A DNA stretch of 63,758 nucleotides, counting the filler, from Kipferlia bialata (lineage: Eukaryota): NCBI GenBank assembly GCA_003568945.1. It is 5 parts of 5 records of this genome, joined end to end, with 100 filler letters (N's around TTAATTAATTAA, not from the genome) between each part and the next. Parts side by side here need not be neighbours in the genome. Positions count along the whole stretch, not along the records: positions 1 to 14,531 come from BDIP01000806.1; 4 more parts are not named here. One strand, 5' to 3'. The notes under the pieces were generated by a model. It was not told the origin of the DNA, made no database searches, and saw only the letters and a list, made by a program, of their open reading frames with translations. A program made the position numbers and the translations under genes. Shown here in pieces: positions 1 to 12,800 of this stretch (position 1 is the first letter of the stretch; each line of letters opens with the position of its first letter).

Positions 1-32
<32 letters not shown>

Positions 33-58
33 GAGAGAGAGAGAGAGAGAGAGGCCAC

Positions 59-595
59 CTGTTGTTGAGGGGGTCGTGTGCCATGGCTGTGAACCTCAGC
101 TGGTACTTGTCGAAGAGGGTCTCGACAAACTCCAGCTGCTGCTCCGACATGTACACCTTGGCTGCACGCCGCTCCTTGATCTCAGGCATCTTGATCTCAC
201 CCAGAGTACCGGCCTGGGGCATGTGCCTGGCGTTCTTGTTGAGGGGCAGGGCATGGGTGACAATGCCCATGGCCTGGCAGTCAGAGACTCTGTCTAAAGG
301 AACCATATCTAGACGGTATATATAGACGCTGCCTACTACACATGCACAAGGAGAAGCCGGACAAGTAAATACAGTCTACTGTCTTTCGATCCAGTAACAC
401 ACACGCTATATGCAAGGATAGAACACAAGTGTACGAGAGACGTACCCTGTAGTTCTGGGCCGTGGTCTTCTCCTGGTCCCAGGACTCTCTGAACCTGGCA
501 TCCCTCACTTGGGTGCCCTTGGGCTGGCCCAGCTTGGTGGAACGCATCCGCCTGTTGACGCGAGCCTTGCCTCTGGTCTTGCTGATGAGCTTCAT
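59..595 (-). CDS. NOP16: Ribosome biogenesis protein Nop16 (3' end truncated by contig start)
   Basis: Exon 1 595-446 encodes MKLISK...FRESWDQEKTTAQNYR. After a GT-AG intron, exon 2 273-59 encodes AMGIV...MSEQQLEFVETLFDKYQLRFTAMAHDPLNN. These match the Nop16 motifs WD..KT..QNY and F...L..KY....AMA.D..N. Confidence 0.8.
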
Positions 596-743
596 TCACT
601 GCCTCCAAGGAGGAGGGGAGGCATGAATGCACCTACTCTCGAACAAAAAACCTGTTCGGGATCTACACCCTCATGTGATAGAGAATTGTCAGTTTGAAGT
701 GGCCTCCTCTATCAGCCCTAGTCACCTAGAACATTCCCACTGA

Positions 744-1258
744 ATGGGGAAGCTTCCCCCTCCCCCCCGACCTGATACAGATGCTCCGGTGCCACTCAGT
801 GACAGGGGTGCCATGTCTACGTGCAACTCATACGCTCTCCTTATCTCCAATGATGGATTTAGGTTCTATCTAGACCCTGCGGCTGCACTCCAGTCTCCTA
901 TCCTGAAACAGCTGGTACACACCCAACCAGGTATGTGCGGTTTGCAGTATATCTTTGCTGTTGCGGAAAGAGAGGGAGAGACCGCTATTCTACTGTCGTT
1001 TACGGAAAGACTCTCGCTTGATAGTCAGGCCTAGATATATGTGGATAACCCCCCCCCCCCCTTTCCTAATGTCCAGAAGGAGTGTCTCTTGACATTCCTG
1101 CCTCTGTGCTCCTAATTGTCTGCCGGTACCTGGAGTACCAGTACCTCTGGGGCCCTGCCCATATCAAGACCACCACCCAGGCCCGACCCCCTCCCCCTGT
1201 CGTACCCCCTAAGCTAGGGGTGGCCGTGGCACTGGCAGCCCGGTACCTCCAGCTCTGA
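744..1258 (+). CDS. ELOC: Elongin C (Skp1/BTB-fold)
   Basis: Exons 744-930 and 1077-1258 join in frame: YALLISNDGFRFYL..AALQSPILKQL...DIPASVLLIVCRYLEY...VALAARYLQL*. This follows the elongin C pattern LISSDG.EF/IPS.VL..VC.Y/LL.AA.FL. The start could be the later ATG (MSTCN). Confidence 0.75.
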
Positions 1259-1420
1259 TACCTCGAGAGCCTGTACTCTATCCTTTGATGTGTTTCGTGT
1301 AAGATATGTTTGAAGAGTGCTCTTTAAATTACCTCATCTGTGGGTTCCTGCTTCAGTGATGAAGAGTGTATGGCAACGTCTCTCTATTTAGGGACCCTGT
1401 AAAACTAAATGTCCTAACAA

Positions 1421-2410
1421 TTACACCGTCGAGCCTTTCCCTCTGTCACTACCTCTGTGGCCTCTGAGCTCTCACTCTGCTCCCCCTCCTCTGTGGGACA
1501 GTCCACCAGCTCTAGCACACGGGTCACACCCTGGGGTCAGTCAATAACGCATATATACGCGAGTTCGGTATACTATTTACACTGTATCCACTACTACAGT
1601 ACCTGTGTGACTGCGTGTCTGAGGCCCTCGCCTGTCTTGGCAGAGGTGAGGTACACCCCGGTCAGACCCAGCCTGGCAGCCAGGTCTCTGCCCCTCTGCA
1701 GGCAGCGCTGCCTGTCGGAGGGGGAGACCAAGTCCACTTTGTTTAACAAAAGGTAAACTGGGATGCTGATACGCCCGTCAACGGCCTCTCTCACCCGGCT
1801 GAGGGTTAACACTATTTCAACGTAACATTCAAAACTACATTCAAAACTACATTCTAGCTACCCCCCCACCTGTGCCACTCCTCGACTGATCCCCACTGGT
1901 CTGGGTCTTGGAGGGCAGCCACGATGTAGATGGCAAAGGCGTCCCGGAAGAATATACTGGGGTGAAAAGGACAGAACATCAAAAAGAGACATAGATCTAT
2001 ATGGAACTGAGTCGTATGATGAGTGCAGGAATTGATCAAATACTCACTCGGTGTACCTGGTAACTCGTGAGGATGTCTCCTCCCCCGCAATATCATGGAG
2101 CTTGCACGTTGCCGTATACTCTGACCACGGCATCGACACGTCACATATATAGTCTGCACACTCGAAGCCAAGGGTGCTGAGGTAGGAGGGGGTATACGTA
2201 CCCTTTGCTATTCGATTGACACATGCGCTCTTTCCTAAGAGTGAGGGTAAGTAAGGGTAACGGGAAATCTGCTGTTGAAACCAGTGTCACACAATGATAG
2301 AGTTGTTGACTGATATAATCTCTCACTTGTGAACTAATGGAGTTACCTGCATACTTTTCCCCCACGAAGACAAATTTGAGAACCACATTTTTCCGCCTCC
2401 CCCCTTGCAT
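1421..2410 (-). CDS. Rab-like small GTPase, Rab32/38/29-like DIAG type, divergent
   Basis: Spliced product has G1 GEKYAGKS, G2 YLSTLG, G3 HDIAGEE, switch-II TRIFFRDA, G4 LNKVD and G5 TSAK. It ends GKGSTV*. Confidence 0.8.
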
Positions 2411-2553
2411 GGAGGGTTGTCGACACCTGCAAGGAGGGTTGTCGATATATAAGCAGGTCACATATTTCGCAAAAACTTAAGCTGCACCCTTCGGAACTGA
2501 GACATGTGGCTATCCTATTTGTCCAGAAAATCGCTTTGTAGAGTAGAGAGGAG

Positions 2554-4570
2554 ATGAGCAGGCCAAACCCCTTCGCGCGGCCGGCGAGACCTCGAGGCAT
2601 TACAGGTGAGGTTTACTAGCGGTATTTGGTTGTTATCATGCATATCTAGGTCGGTATCACCTCCGAATCTTTTTGTCTATCATCTCACTCTCAGATGGAA
2701 TTGATATCACGGGCCTCCTGCGGGATAAGCAGGCCACTGCGCAGAGCGTTGTCAATCTGTATGCCCTTGGGTACGGTCCTGGTCTGCTGGAGTGGTTCTG
2801 CAAGCTGCGGCAGTCGTTTGGCAATCTGAGTGAGGCAGACGCCCCCTTTGTGGCTGCGGTCGTGTCCTTCCACTGGGTGCAGGACGACCACATCAACAAC
2901 GAGTTCCTGAACCTGGCGGTGGAGCTTGTGTCCTACATCCCCTCCTTCTCCCGCATTGTGCTTGCTGCTGCCTTCCGCAGCTTCCTGCCCGTGAGTCTGT
3001 CTGACCATGAGGTGCAGATCAGGGCCAGGGCCAGCCAGGTGACGCCCCTGCTGTCGCACGAGGCTGCTGCTGCGTGGGGCCACAAGCTGACGGGCGTGGT
3101 GCTGAAGCGGATCCCTAGTGCCGGCACTGTGCTGGAGAGTGTGCTCTATGCCACTGTGTCAGAGGACATAGAGACACACCTCCCCCTCCTGGAGAATGCA
3201 CTCAAGATATCGGACTACCTGCCCACCTTCACCCCGTGCCTCGTGACCTTTGGCACCCACATGCTGTCCACCATGGACGTCAACATAGTGCGCACCAGGG
3301 AGCTTGCTGCTGAGGAGGAGTCTTCAGAGGACGACGTGCCCCGTAGACGGCCTGCCATAGATATTGGGCTGGGGGTGCCTGTGGAGAGGTCGAAGGGGCG
3401 GGAAAGGGAAGACACCATCATGCACACCTCCAGCCTCGGGTCCCCCTTCACGCCTGGGTCCCTGACCACACACAGGTCTCTCACGGACAGGTAAGGACAC
3501 ACCTGCATAGTGGTATAGTTGTATTCACTCTGTGTTGTGCAGTTTTAATTCATCTAGTGGGTGTGCCTTCATGGTACTCACCATTTGTTTACACATAAAC
3601 ATTTATCCATGTATCTGACTTCCCCCCCCCCCCTGACCCTTCAGACTGGACATGCTCCATGCCAGTGGTGTCAACACCAACCAGGAGGATGTGGAGAGAC
3701 AGCGCCTGGGGGATGAGGAGAGAGTGTTTGACCAGTGCATGGCAGCCATGATCAGGTGGGGGTGTGGTCTGTGTATTATTGTGTATATACACCTATATAT
3801 ATATGTTCCTTATACACCCTGCCATATATATATATTTACCAACTGCTATCTGGTATGATGCTGCACCGTCTCATGGCAGGTGGTGGCAGAGAGCTGACCC
3901 CGCTAGGGTGCAGGCTGGTGTCATCAACGCCCTGGACACCATCCTCCTGCCTACCCAGAACCTGCGCTACTCACAGTTTGTGGTCTTCACGCACGTGTCC
4001 CTGAACCCCAGCCAGGCCGAGGCTGTGCTCACCCACCTCCTCAGGACGTGCTTCGACCCAGCCCAGCCCATGCAGCGCAGGCTCAACTCGGCATTCTACA
4101 TCGGTATGGTGCACGTGTTGTATCTATATATCTGTGTATCTGCGACTGACGGCAGGGTCTATGCTGGCCCGTGCTGGCAACGTGCCCCTGTCCATAGCAG
4201 AGAGAGCCATGGGGGTGATGCTGGACTACTGCCACAGTGTGGCCAGGCTAGTGCCCAGGTACATGCTCTTATATATGTGTGTACACACGCAGACATATGT
4301 GATTCTCCCACCCTCTCTCACCCCAGGGTTGATGAGTCTATGGGCCAGTCCCTCGGGGGCAACAAGATAGCCATGTTCTACGTGCTGTTCCAGGCTGTGA
4401 TATACGCACTGTGCTTCATCCTGCCTGAGGCAGCCATGGAGGGCCTACAGGCAGGGGTCGAGATAGTGGCCGAGTCGCCGCTTGCCCCCTTGGCCGTTGT
4501 CCTGCCTAGCGTGGCCAGTGAGTTTGCACGGGTGGCCCAGCACCACGACTTCTGTGCTCAGGTGGGTAGT

Positions 4571-4602
<32 letters not shown>

Positions 4603-4944
4603 ACTATACATATATATATATACCATCACATACATTTTGGTTGATAGTAGAGAGGGGTGTGGAACTATCTCACTACTTTTAATTCTTATCCACAGGCCCT
4701 GTCCGCCCCCCCTCCCACTGTCCCCCCTGTGCTCAAGGCCTTGGTCAACAGTCTCCACCTCGAGTCTGCCTTCCCCTTCGACCCCTACCCCCTGCCCCTC
4801 GCTGGTGAGCTCCTCCAGCCCCTGTACAGGGAGTGGCGCTTCGAGGAGGACGACCACGACGAGGAGTCCGACCTCACCATGGGCCAGTTACTACCCACAT
4901 ACGACAGAGATGCCATGCCTGTCGACGACTGGGAGGTGTGGTGA
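2554..4944 (+). CDS. RRN3: RNA polymerase I initiation factor RRN3/TIF-IA
   Basis: ATG 2554 with intron 2606-2694 splices in frame into the 2695-3490 exon. Later exons give ILLPTQNLRYSQFVVF, SAFYIGSMLARA, FYVLFQAVIYALCF, PLAVVLPSVASEFARVA and FPFDPYPLP..ELLQPLYREW, all typical RRN3 motifs. Confidence 0.85.
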
Positions 4945-5217
4945 GCAGGCAGAGGGGTTTGTGTGTTGTTGCTGTGTGTGTGCCTGTCTCTATTTACTGA
5001 GCAGTCAGGCCCTGTTTCTTCTTTGCTGTGTCCGTGTGAAGCTATAAATCGTACTGTCTTGTATGTTATGTGTACCAGACCTACTCAGCGGTGGAAGTGA
5101 TAGTGATTAGTGTTAGTATCGGGTGTCAAATCGTGTGATGATACCTTTCGGACAGATCTGTTCATATAATTGGATCTTTGGTGTAACTCTCTTGCCTTCT
5201 CTCTGTCCAGTCTCACA

Positions 5218-5652
5218 ATGCTAGAGGCCCCTGCAGTGTTATCAGCACAGCCCCCTGCTGGGGAGTCTGCCGGGAAGCGTAGTCAGAGGCACAAGCAGGA
5301 GATCCGGAACCTGGACCAGTGGCTGAAGAAGACATATCTCAAGTCTAGAAAGTGAGTAGTACCAACCTCGTTGTGTCCATTGTCTTATTCATTCCTGACT
5401 GTCAGGGGGAAGCAGAAGGCTGCTGCACAGAGCCAGGCCGAGGAGTGGAGGCAGGAGCTGCTTGCCAACCATGCCAAGCAGTGCCCCGAGGCAGAGGGGG
5501 TCGATGCCCCTGAGGCAGGTGTCACTGAGGAGACTGGTATGCCCACCCCTGCGGGAAGCATACCCCTGAAGGATGATGGAGAGAGACTTAGTAAGGCCGC
5601 TCGTCGGCGTCTTCGTCAGAAGGAGAGGGCTCAGAAGGAGCAGGTAGGATAG

Positions 5653-5696
<44 letters not shown>

Positions 5697-6308
5697 CCCC
5701 CCCCCCATTCTCTTACAGCAGGCCGAGATGGATGCCCAGATTGCAGAGATGCGGCTTAACGGAGGGGAGGACCGCGTCCGGGAGAACAAGGAGTTCGATG
5801 CCCTCCTCTCCCCCCTGTCCCTGTGTGTCAAGCAGATACCCTCGGACGGGTCCTGTCTGTACAGAGCCGTGGCAGACCAGGTCGGTGCCTATATATATAC
5901 ACATGTATACGCAGGTATCTGGATATCCTTCAGCTCCTCTGACCCCAGCTACAGCGGGTAGGCGTCTCTGTGGAGCACCGCCAGCTGAGGGCCGAGGCCG
6001 CAGACTATATCCTGGCCCATGCCGATGAGTACACACCCCTGCTCACAGAGGGCATAGAGGAGTACTGCGACAAGCTGCGCAACACCAACTGCTGGGGAGG
6101 CGAGTTGGAGATCTCTGTGCTGGCCACTGTTCGGTCCACCCCCATTGTGGTGTACATTGCCGGTATGAGGGAGCAGAGATATGGGGGGGAGGGCACCGAG
6201 GAGGCGCTGCTCATATCATTCCACAGGTCCTACTTTGCACTGGGGAACCACTACAATAGCGTTGTGCCCATGGTGACTAAGACTAGCCCGGTGAATGCAG
6301 CCAAATAG
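5218..6308 (+). CDS. OTUD6B: OTU-domain deubiquitinase, OTUD6/Otu2-like
   Basis: N-terminal RHKQEIRNL coiled coil, catalytic IPSDGSCLYRAVADQ, WGGELEI and LGNHYNSV; about four exons with GT-AG introns. Confidence 0.85.
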
Positions 6309-6449
6309 ATGGATATACATATTTCATCTATCGAGTTGGGATCTATTGAACATCACACGAGAGTACCCACACAAGAAATACAAGAACACACCAAAGACAC
6401 AAAACACAAGCACCAGCCATTAGCTGACACTACCAGTCCCTAGCTGTCC

Positions 6450-6932
6450 CTAGCTGTCAGTTCCGGTGGACACAGGGGGTGAGGCCCCCTTGGCAGGTGC
6501 CGCACTTCTCTTCAGGATGTCCACAAGGTCCTTCTGCAGGCTGATAACCCGGAACGCCGACTTCTTCACCTGCGTTAGTGGTACACTCATTGGATCCGCG
6601 AAAAAGAGACCGATACATAAGGCAAAGAGAGCAAATCAGTAGTATAGTTATACCGGTACCGGTATCGGAAATATACAAACCTGTGAAAACACTTCGTGCA
6701 TGCTATCCTCTCCCTTCTGGGCCCGGAGTTGAGTCAGGATCTTATCAAAGTAGACCTCGGAGTAGTATCCTGCTGAGGTAGAGTCCAGGCGCTTCTTGAG
6801 TCTGTTGTACTGACTGGCCATCTGTTCATGCTGGGTGACAGTCGGCAGCATTTCGTCACGCTTTGCCGTTACATCAGCTAGTGCAGCCTCCAATGTCTGA
6901 ACAATATGAGTAAGAGGGTCACCCCCGCTCAT
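6450..6932 (-). CDS. Hypothetical small coiled-coil protein (2 exons)
   Basis: MSGGDPLTHIVQTLEAALADVTAKRDE...HEVFSQ, then GT-AG intron 6680-6570, then VKKSAFRVISLQKDLVDILKR...TDS*. In frame; no family recognised. Confidence 0.55.
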
Positions 6933-7128
6933 ATCTGAGAGGTAGATAGGAGCCGTACATAGGCCCTGCTTCGAGCTGGTGTTTTTGGATGAAGGGTTTA
7001 TTCTGAAAGAGCATATCTCAGTGAGGTCAGTCTCTCTCTGTGCATCCATTGAACATGAACACCGTAAGTGGATATGGATTTTAGTCTTGCTTTCTTAGTC
7101 TGGTTTAAGTCTAACCCAGAACACTAAC

Positions 7129-8785
7129 ATGGTTGAGGGCGGAAGCGGAGCCATCGAGAACCCACAGGGTGAGTCAATGTGTCTATCCTGGATTAGCTGA
7201 TGTCTTCATTTCTGGAGTCGATCTCTCTCTAACACAGTGCTCACCAAGTACCAGACAGCTGCTGCATGTGTCCACACAGCCATGAACGCTGTTCTGGCCC
7301 AGATCCTGCCCGGAGTGCTGATCTCTGACCTCTGTGCCCTTGGCGACTCTGTCATCGAGGACGCCGCTCAGAAGGTACAGAGAGAGAGGGGGGGGGGGGG
7401 GTTATCTGTAATTGGAGTTTCTTTGTGAGACCGTCGTTAGTGTCTGTTATCTTGTTCTGATTCCTTCTAATACCTCCAGGTGTACCGCAAGGGTGCCATT
7501 GTCAGGGGGGTTGCCTTCCCCACCTGTGTGTCTCCCAACGGATACCTTGGTACGTGTCATGTAATAGTGTGTTGTGTGGTAGTGTGCTCTGGTGTGTAAG
7601 GTGGAGTCATTACCATCCCCATATCTGTATATATTCTGTATATCTCTCTCTCTTCCGTATACCATGACATTCACCCCAGGCCACAAGTCCCCCCTGCCCG
7701 GCAAGGACGACTACGCCCTCCAGGTAGGCGACATGGTCAAGGTCGACATGGGTGCCCACATTGATGGATACGCCTCCCAGCTGGCCACCACTGTGTGTGT
7801 GGTGCCCCCTGGGGAGACTGTGACTGGCCCCCAGGCTGACGTCATGAGTGCAGTACGTAACAATGTCTCAATCTGTATATGATATCTAGAGATACGATCC
7901 AGCCCACTCTCCTTTCACCCTGTCCTCCACTCTATTCTCCCTCTCTGACATCCAGGCCTACGTTGCCTCCGAGGTTGTCCTCAGGATGCTCAAGCCCGGC
8001 ACCACCGACCAGGACATTGTGGGCGCCATCTCCAAGGTATGGACCTGACGTCACAGCACTGCATCCAGTATCAAGGGTGGTATCCAGTGTCTCTATTAGA
8101 TATGGCAATTATGAGTCATCCTCTCTGTCTCTCCCCCCAGGTGGCCCAGGACTTCGGCGTCACCCCTGTGCAGGGCGTGTACCACTACTCCCAGGAGCAG
8201 TGGAGCCTGGTGTCCCAGAGGGTCATGTTCAACTCTGCTGCCGAGTCCCGCGGCCCTGCCATGACCCTTGAGGCCAACGAGGTTGTGACCGTTGACATCA
8301 TCATGTCCACTGGGTGTGGGGTGGGCAAGCAGACGGAGGACACCCCCACCCTCTACCAGCGCAACCCCACCATCCGGTCCCACCCCACCCTCAAGAGTGC
8401 CGATATGGCCCTGAGGCAGATCGACCAGTCCCCCTTCCCCTTCCACATGAGGACCATGGAGGGACACTCTGCCGCCGGCATGCGCCTCCTGGAGAAGAAG
8501 GAGTACATCGACCACTTTGCACCCACCGTGGACGCAGTGGAGGGCGCCCAGGTACGGGCAGTGTATATGTATATATATATATATTCACACACATATATAT
8601 CTATGTGTGCATAGTATACGTACTGTCCCCAGGTTGCCCAGGTCAAGTTCACCGTGGCCATCACGCCCAAGAAGCACATGCGTCTGTGCGAGGTCCCCAC
8701 CCCCTCCCTGGTGCGGTCGGTCAAGAGCATCAGCCCCTGGGTGCAGCAGATGGTCAAGATGAACCCTTCCGTCCACAAGCGCTAA
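7129..8785 (+). CDS. PA2G4: Proliferation-associated 2G4 / Ebp1 (M24 pita-bread fold)
   Basis: VLTKYQTAA, DLCALGD, GVAFPTCVSPN, GDMVKVDMGAHIDGY, VDIIMSTG, PFPFHMR and VAQVKFTV across about 7 exons; TAA at 8783-8785. Confidence 0.9.
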
Positions 8786-8866
8786 GGGGCGGAGCAGCCG
8801 TGTTTCGTGTCTCCACCGTAGAGTGATTAATAGAGTTTCGTTGTCCACGCGGGGTAGAGGATGTGT

Positions 8867-9342
8867 CTATTGTCCCTCATTCTGTGTCTCACTCTCGTCC
8901 TTCTTATCCTCTTGATCCCTCATAAACACACTCTTCACGTTGTTAATGCCCAGCAGCGACTGAGATACCTGTCATGAGAGGGAATTCAACTATATATATT
9001 CATATATACTGTGGAACACTATATATACTGTATCGTTGAGAGCGAGTAACACTACACTGCAGGTCCTGACAGGACTACCCACCTGCTCCTCTATCCTCTC
9101 CCCCACCCTCTCAGGCAGGGACCAGTGGGTGTCAGCAGGAGACAGCCAGGGCTGGGGTAAGATATGATCTAGAAGGCATTGAAGAGTGCAATCAATGTGT
9201 GCTCTAGTCAACCTACCTCCACAGGCAAAGTAACCTCCTTTGCCGCTGGATCCCCCTCCTCCTCCACCTGGAGAGAGGCCACCATCGGCTCCACCACGTG
9301 TCCAGCCAGGGACCGGATGCGGCGGCCATTGAGAGTATGCAC
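8867..9342 (-). CDS. 3' exons of a hypothetical gene (5' part not resolved; poly-G tract and gap upstream)
   Basis: Three phase-0 exons with canonical sites: VHTLNGRRIRSLAGHVVEPM...VTLPVE, PWLSPADTHWSLPERVGERIEEQ, and VSQSLLGINN...NEGQ* (8968-8867). Confidence 0.5.
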
Positions 9343-9496
9343 CTGAGGAGTGAGCATAAGAATTACAGATTATCACAGAGAATCGAGTTGGAATGAAGTG
9401 TAAGCATGAATCACAGTATAAGCGGAATATAGTTGGAGGGGGGGGGGGGGGACGCGCAACACTTGTAGTACTTAGAACGACAACTGACAGTCTCAA

Positions 9497-9551
<55 letters not shown>

Positions 9552-9620
9552 AAAGAGTGACGAGGAAGTGAGGGTATATACAAGCTCTCTAGAAGAAGGA
9601 TATGACAGAGTGGCTAGAGG

Positions 9621-9669
<49 letters not shown>

Positions 9670-9763
9670 GAGAGAGAGAGGGGGAGGGGGAGAGGTACGA
9701 AGAATATAGCGAACANNNNNNNNNNNNNNNNNNNNNNNNNNNNNNNNTGGTGTGGTGGTGTGT

Positions 9764-9799
<36 letters not shown>

Positions 9800-9848
9800 G
9801 GCTTGAGTACAGATAACGATGGCAATCTCAACCACATACCAACCCCAG

Positions 9849-12800
9849 AATAACCAACATGCTCCAGACATTCCAGAAGATTGCCCTTGCGAAGTACAGC
9901 GGCAAGAGGTATTTGAATATAGTGACCATTTTTCAAAGTGAAGAATAGCTCTCCTATGTTGCTCTGACCGCAGCAAGCGTCTTTCCGACCTTGATCGAGA
10001 TGTTGCGGCTGCCACGGCTGAGTTCCGCAGGTAATACTAAACTACAGGAGTTCAGAGTACTATTGATACTTGCACACTGGTGTATACAATTTGTGTAATC
10101 CTTCGATACTTGAAGATATTTGTCCTTTCCTATAACTTTTGACAAATATCTAGGAACTCTAGTGATTGTAGCGCAAGTACACTGCCTCTTTCTCACTTGA
10201 AGTACATATGACGACCACTTAGCCCACCAGATCCACCAGATGAAAGAGTACAGACATCAGTTGAAGTGGGAGACAGGTATCTCCACGACGTTTATGTGAC
10301 ACACACACATATACGGATCGACTCTCTCAAGCATGTTGTGGTTGCCTCATACTATATGGCTCACATATATATACGAGTATTGGGGTCAGTATGGAGTTGC
10401 ACTGTTCAGTATCAGATATTCTGGTAGGTATCATTCCCGTGTACTATTCCTCGGCCTACCTGTATATCGGCCTCTATCTCGTATCTAACTGAAAGACGGG
10501 CTCAATGCCGCCTGTGTGCGACTGAGAGACATCCTGTCAACCCCAGAGGCACGGGAGAAGTACCTAAGGTGAACATCCATCAGCCAAAAAGACGTATATA
10601 TATACCATTATCATTAATATATATACACCACTACCCATGTACATGGTATTGGATATACTAATATATAAGTATATATATATATATATAAATATAATGGTCG
10701 ATGCTGTCCACTTGACGCCTTTGATCTCCAGTGAAGACGACCTTGTGGTAATTCTCGGGACTGCAAAGGGACTGTACCAGGAGAGGAGGTATGTCTGTGG
10801 AGTCAATCACATTCCCATACCCATGCGCAACCTTCCGAGAGTATCAGAAGATAATTTTGTTTTTCATTCTCAAATATTGCTTCTATGAATTTTCTTTCCT
10901 TCATACTACTAACCTCAGGGGAGAGTTGGTTCACTTTGGTGAGAGACTCACGAAGGATAGAGCTGAGTTCAGACGGTACGTAAATCATGTAGTATGCCCA
11001 TATTTCTCAATACGCTATCAATAGAGAGTGTTTCGAGAGGCCACTTCCCTTTGAGGAAACAAGGTCTTTGGCATTTCACTACAGCACTCGTGACTCCCAC
11101 TTGGCCCACCAGATCCATCAGATGAAGGACTTCAACGCACAGCTGGAGGCGGATACAGGTATTCCTAATCAAACTCTGTGTGGATATCCCCGCAGACCAT
11201 TTAGTATATGTCTTGTATCAGAACTTCTCTGTCCAGAGATCCATATAGTGTCACATTTTCCATGTACATTCCATCACGATAGAGCCCTTTACCTCTGTAA
11301 AGACTCACGTCAGCAAGTTTGAAGGCTCTCTGTGAACGCGCCAGTGAGTTACTGCCCCTGTCCCAGAGGTGGGATATTGTGTCTCTAATTTGAATTATTT
11401 ACAGTGCTGCGAGACTCTTACTCCAGGATAGATACCCTTGAGGCATCCCATTCGGAATCACTCACCCAGCTCGCGACAAAGAGGTGGCTGATTTCGTGTT
11501 TTGATTCATTTTGATAGCCTGATAGGATCAGGTGTCTTTGAGTTCGTGACACATTCATATTAGATGTATACTATAATATATTTGATTTCAGGATGGAGCT
11601 GGAGGAGCAACGTCAGATTCTCGTCACCAGAGTGGGGCTAAGGTTTGTACCATTCTGATAGTATGATGACATTGTATGACGTGTTTCTCACGACTTCAGA
11701 GTTGTAACAGTATTGTCTCTTCTGTCTAACGGCAGTGGTTTTTCCATCCCTGTTCCGTCTTCTGAGAGTGATGCAGCTCTCAGTGGAACCATGTCATTAG
11801 CTGACCTTTCTGGTGCTGGTGTGACTGAGACCAGTGCTGAAGAGAGCACTATAGCCTCAACGAACACAGAGGGTATGGTCAGATCGCCATCTGCTTCGAG
11901 TGCATCCAAGCCTGTTACTGGCAGTACGTCTCCAACATGCCATAACACTGGGGTTACCGATCATCTCCAGGATACGGAGGACTTCCAGCTGGAAACAAGA
12001 GATCTGAGTACAGATGGAGTGTGTGGCACCACGTCCGTGGAGCCTGGCTCGGATCGGAGGCCAGTGTACGTGTCCCACGTGTCTCTACCGACCCGAGCCA
12101 GTTTTGCATTCTTTGTGCTCCGTGTTGAGACTTACTGCCTCATCATCGACACTGGTGTCAAACTTGCAGCATCCAGCCAAGTGTCTGGTGAAGCCGTGGT
12201 TTCTCTTCTTCAGAGTGACGACAGACTGGCAAAGGGTGCAGTTGTTGTCGATCTCATCACCACCCACGACCACCACGACCACATTGGGTACAGAGAGGTG
12301 CTGGCCGCGCACTTCAGGTCCCAGGGCCAGGTCGCCTTCACAGACATATCGAGGAACGAAGCTCGTCGTGATATTGACCCCAAGAGCTTAGTTCCCACTT
12401 CCCTCTCAACGGTAGAGACCACTAGCTACAGGCTGGTATATGAAGAGGGAACAACAGCAAAGGATGGCAGCTCCGACCGATGCACCATCTATCAGAAGGT
12501 GTTCTCCTCTCCAACGGATGTGCAGGTTAACCTGTTTGTACCACCATATCCTATGGAGGACGAGCACAACCGCCACACCATTGTGGTACAGGCTATCGTA
12601 GGTGGTGTCACAGCTCTATTCACTGGAGACATGGAGTGGCCTGCGATGTCGTGGCTTGGAGAAGGAACGATTGACTCGGCAGTCCCCCAGCTCCACACCG
12701 CTGTTGAGATGATGTCGGTGCCACACCACGGGTCACCAGCCAACGTCTTCCCTGACATGTATGCGACTCTCAATCCTCGTACTCTTATGGTTCCATCTGG

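Noticed and set aside
1..9800. Long poly-G/poly-C tracts (1-30, ~9497-9548, ~9764-9798 and contig ends) as G-quadruplex or telomeric elements
   Set aside because: They coincide with contig ends and gaps, their lengths are unreliable, and no telomeric repeat unit is visible.
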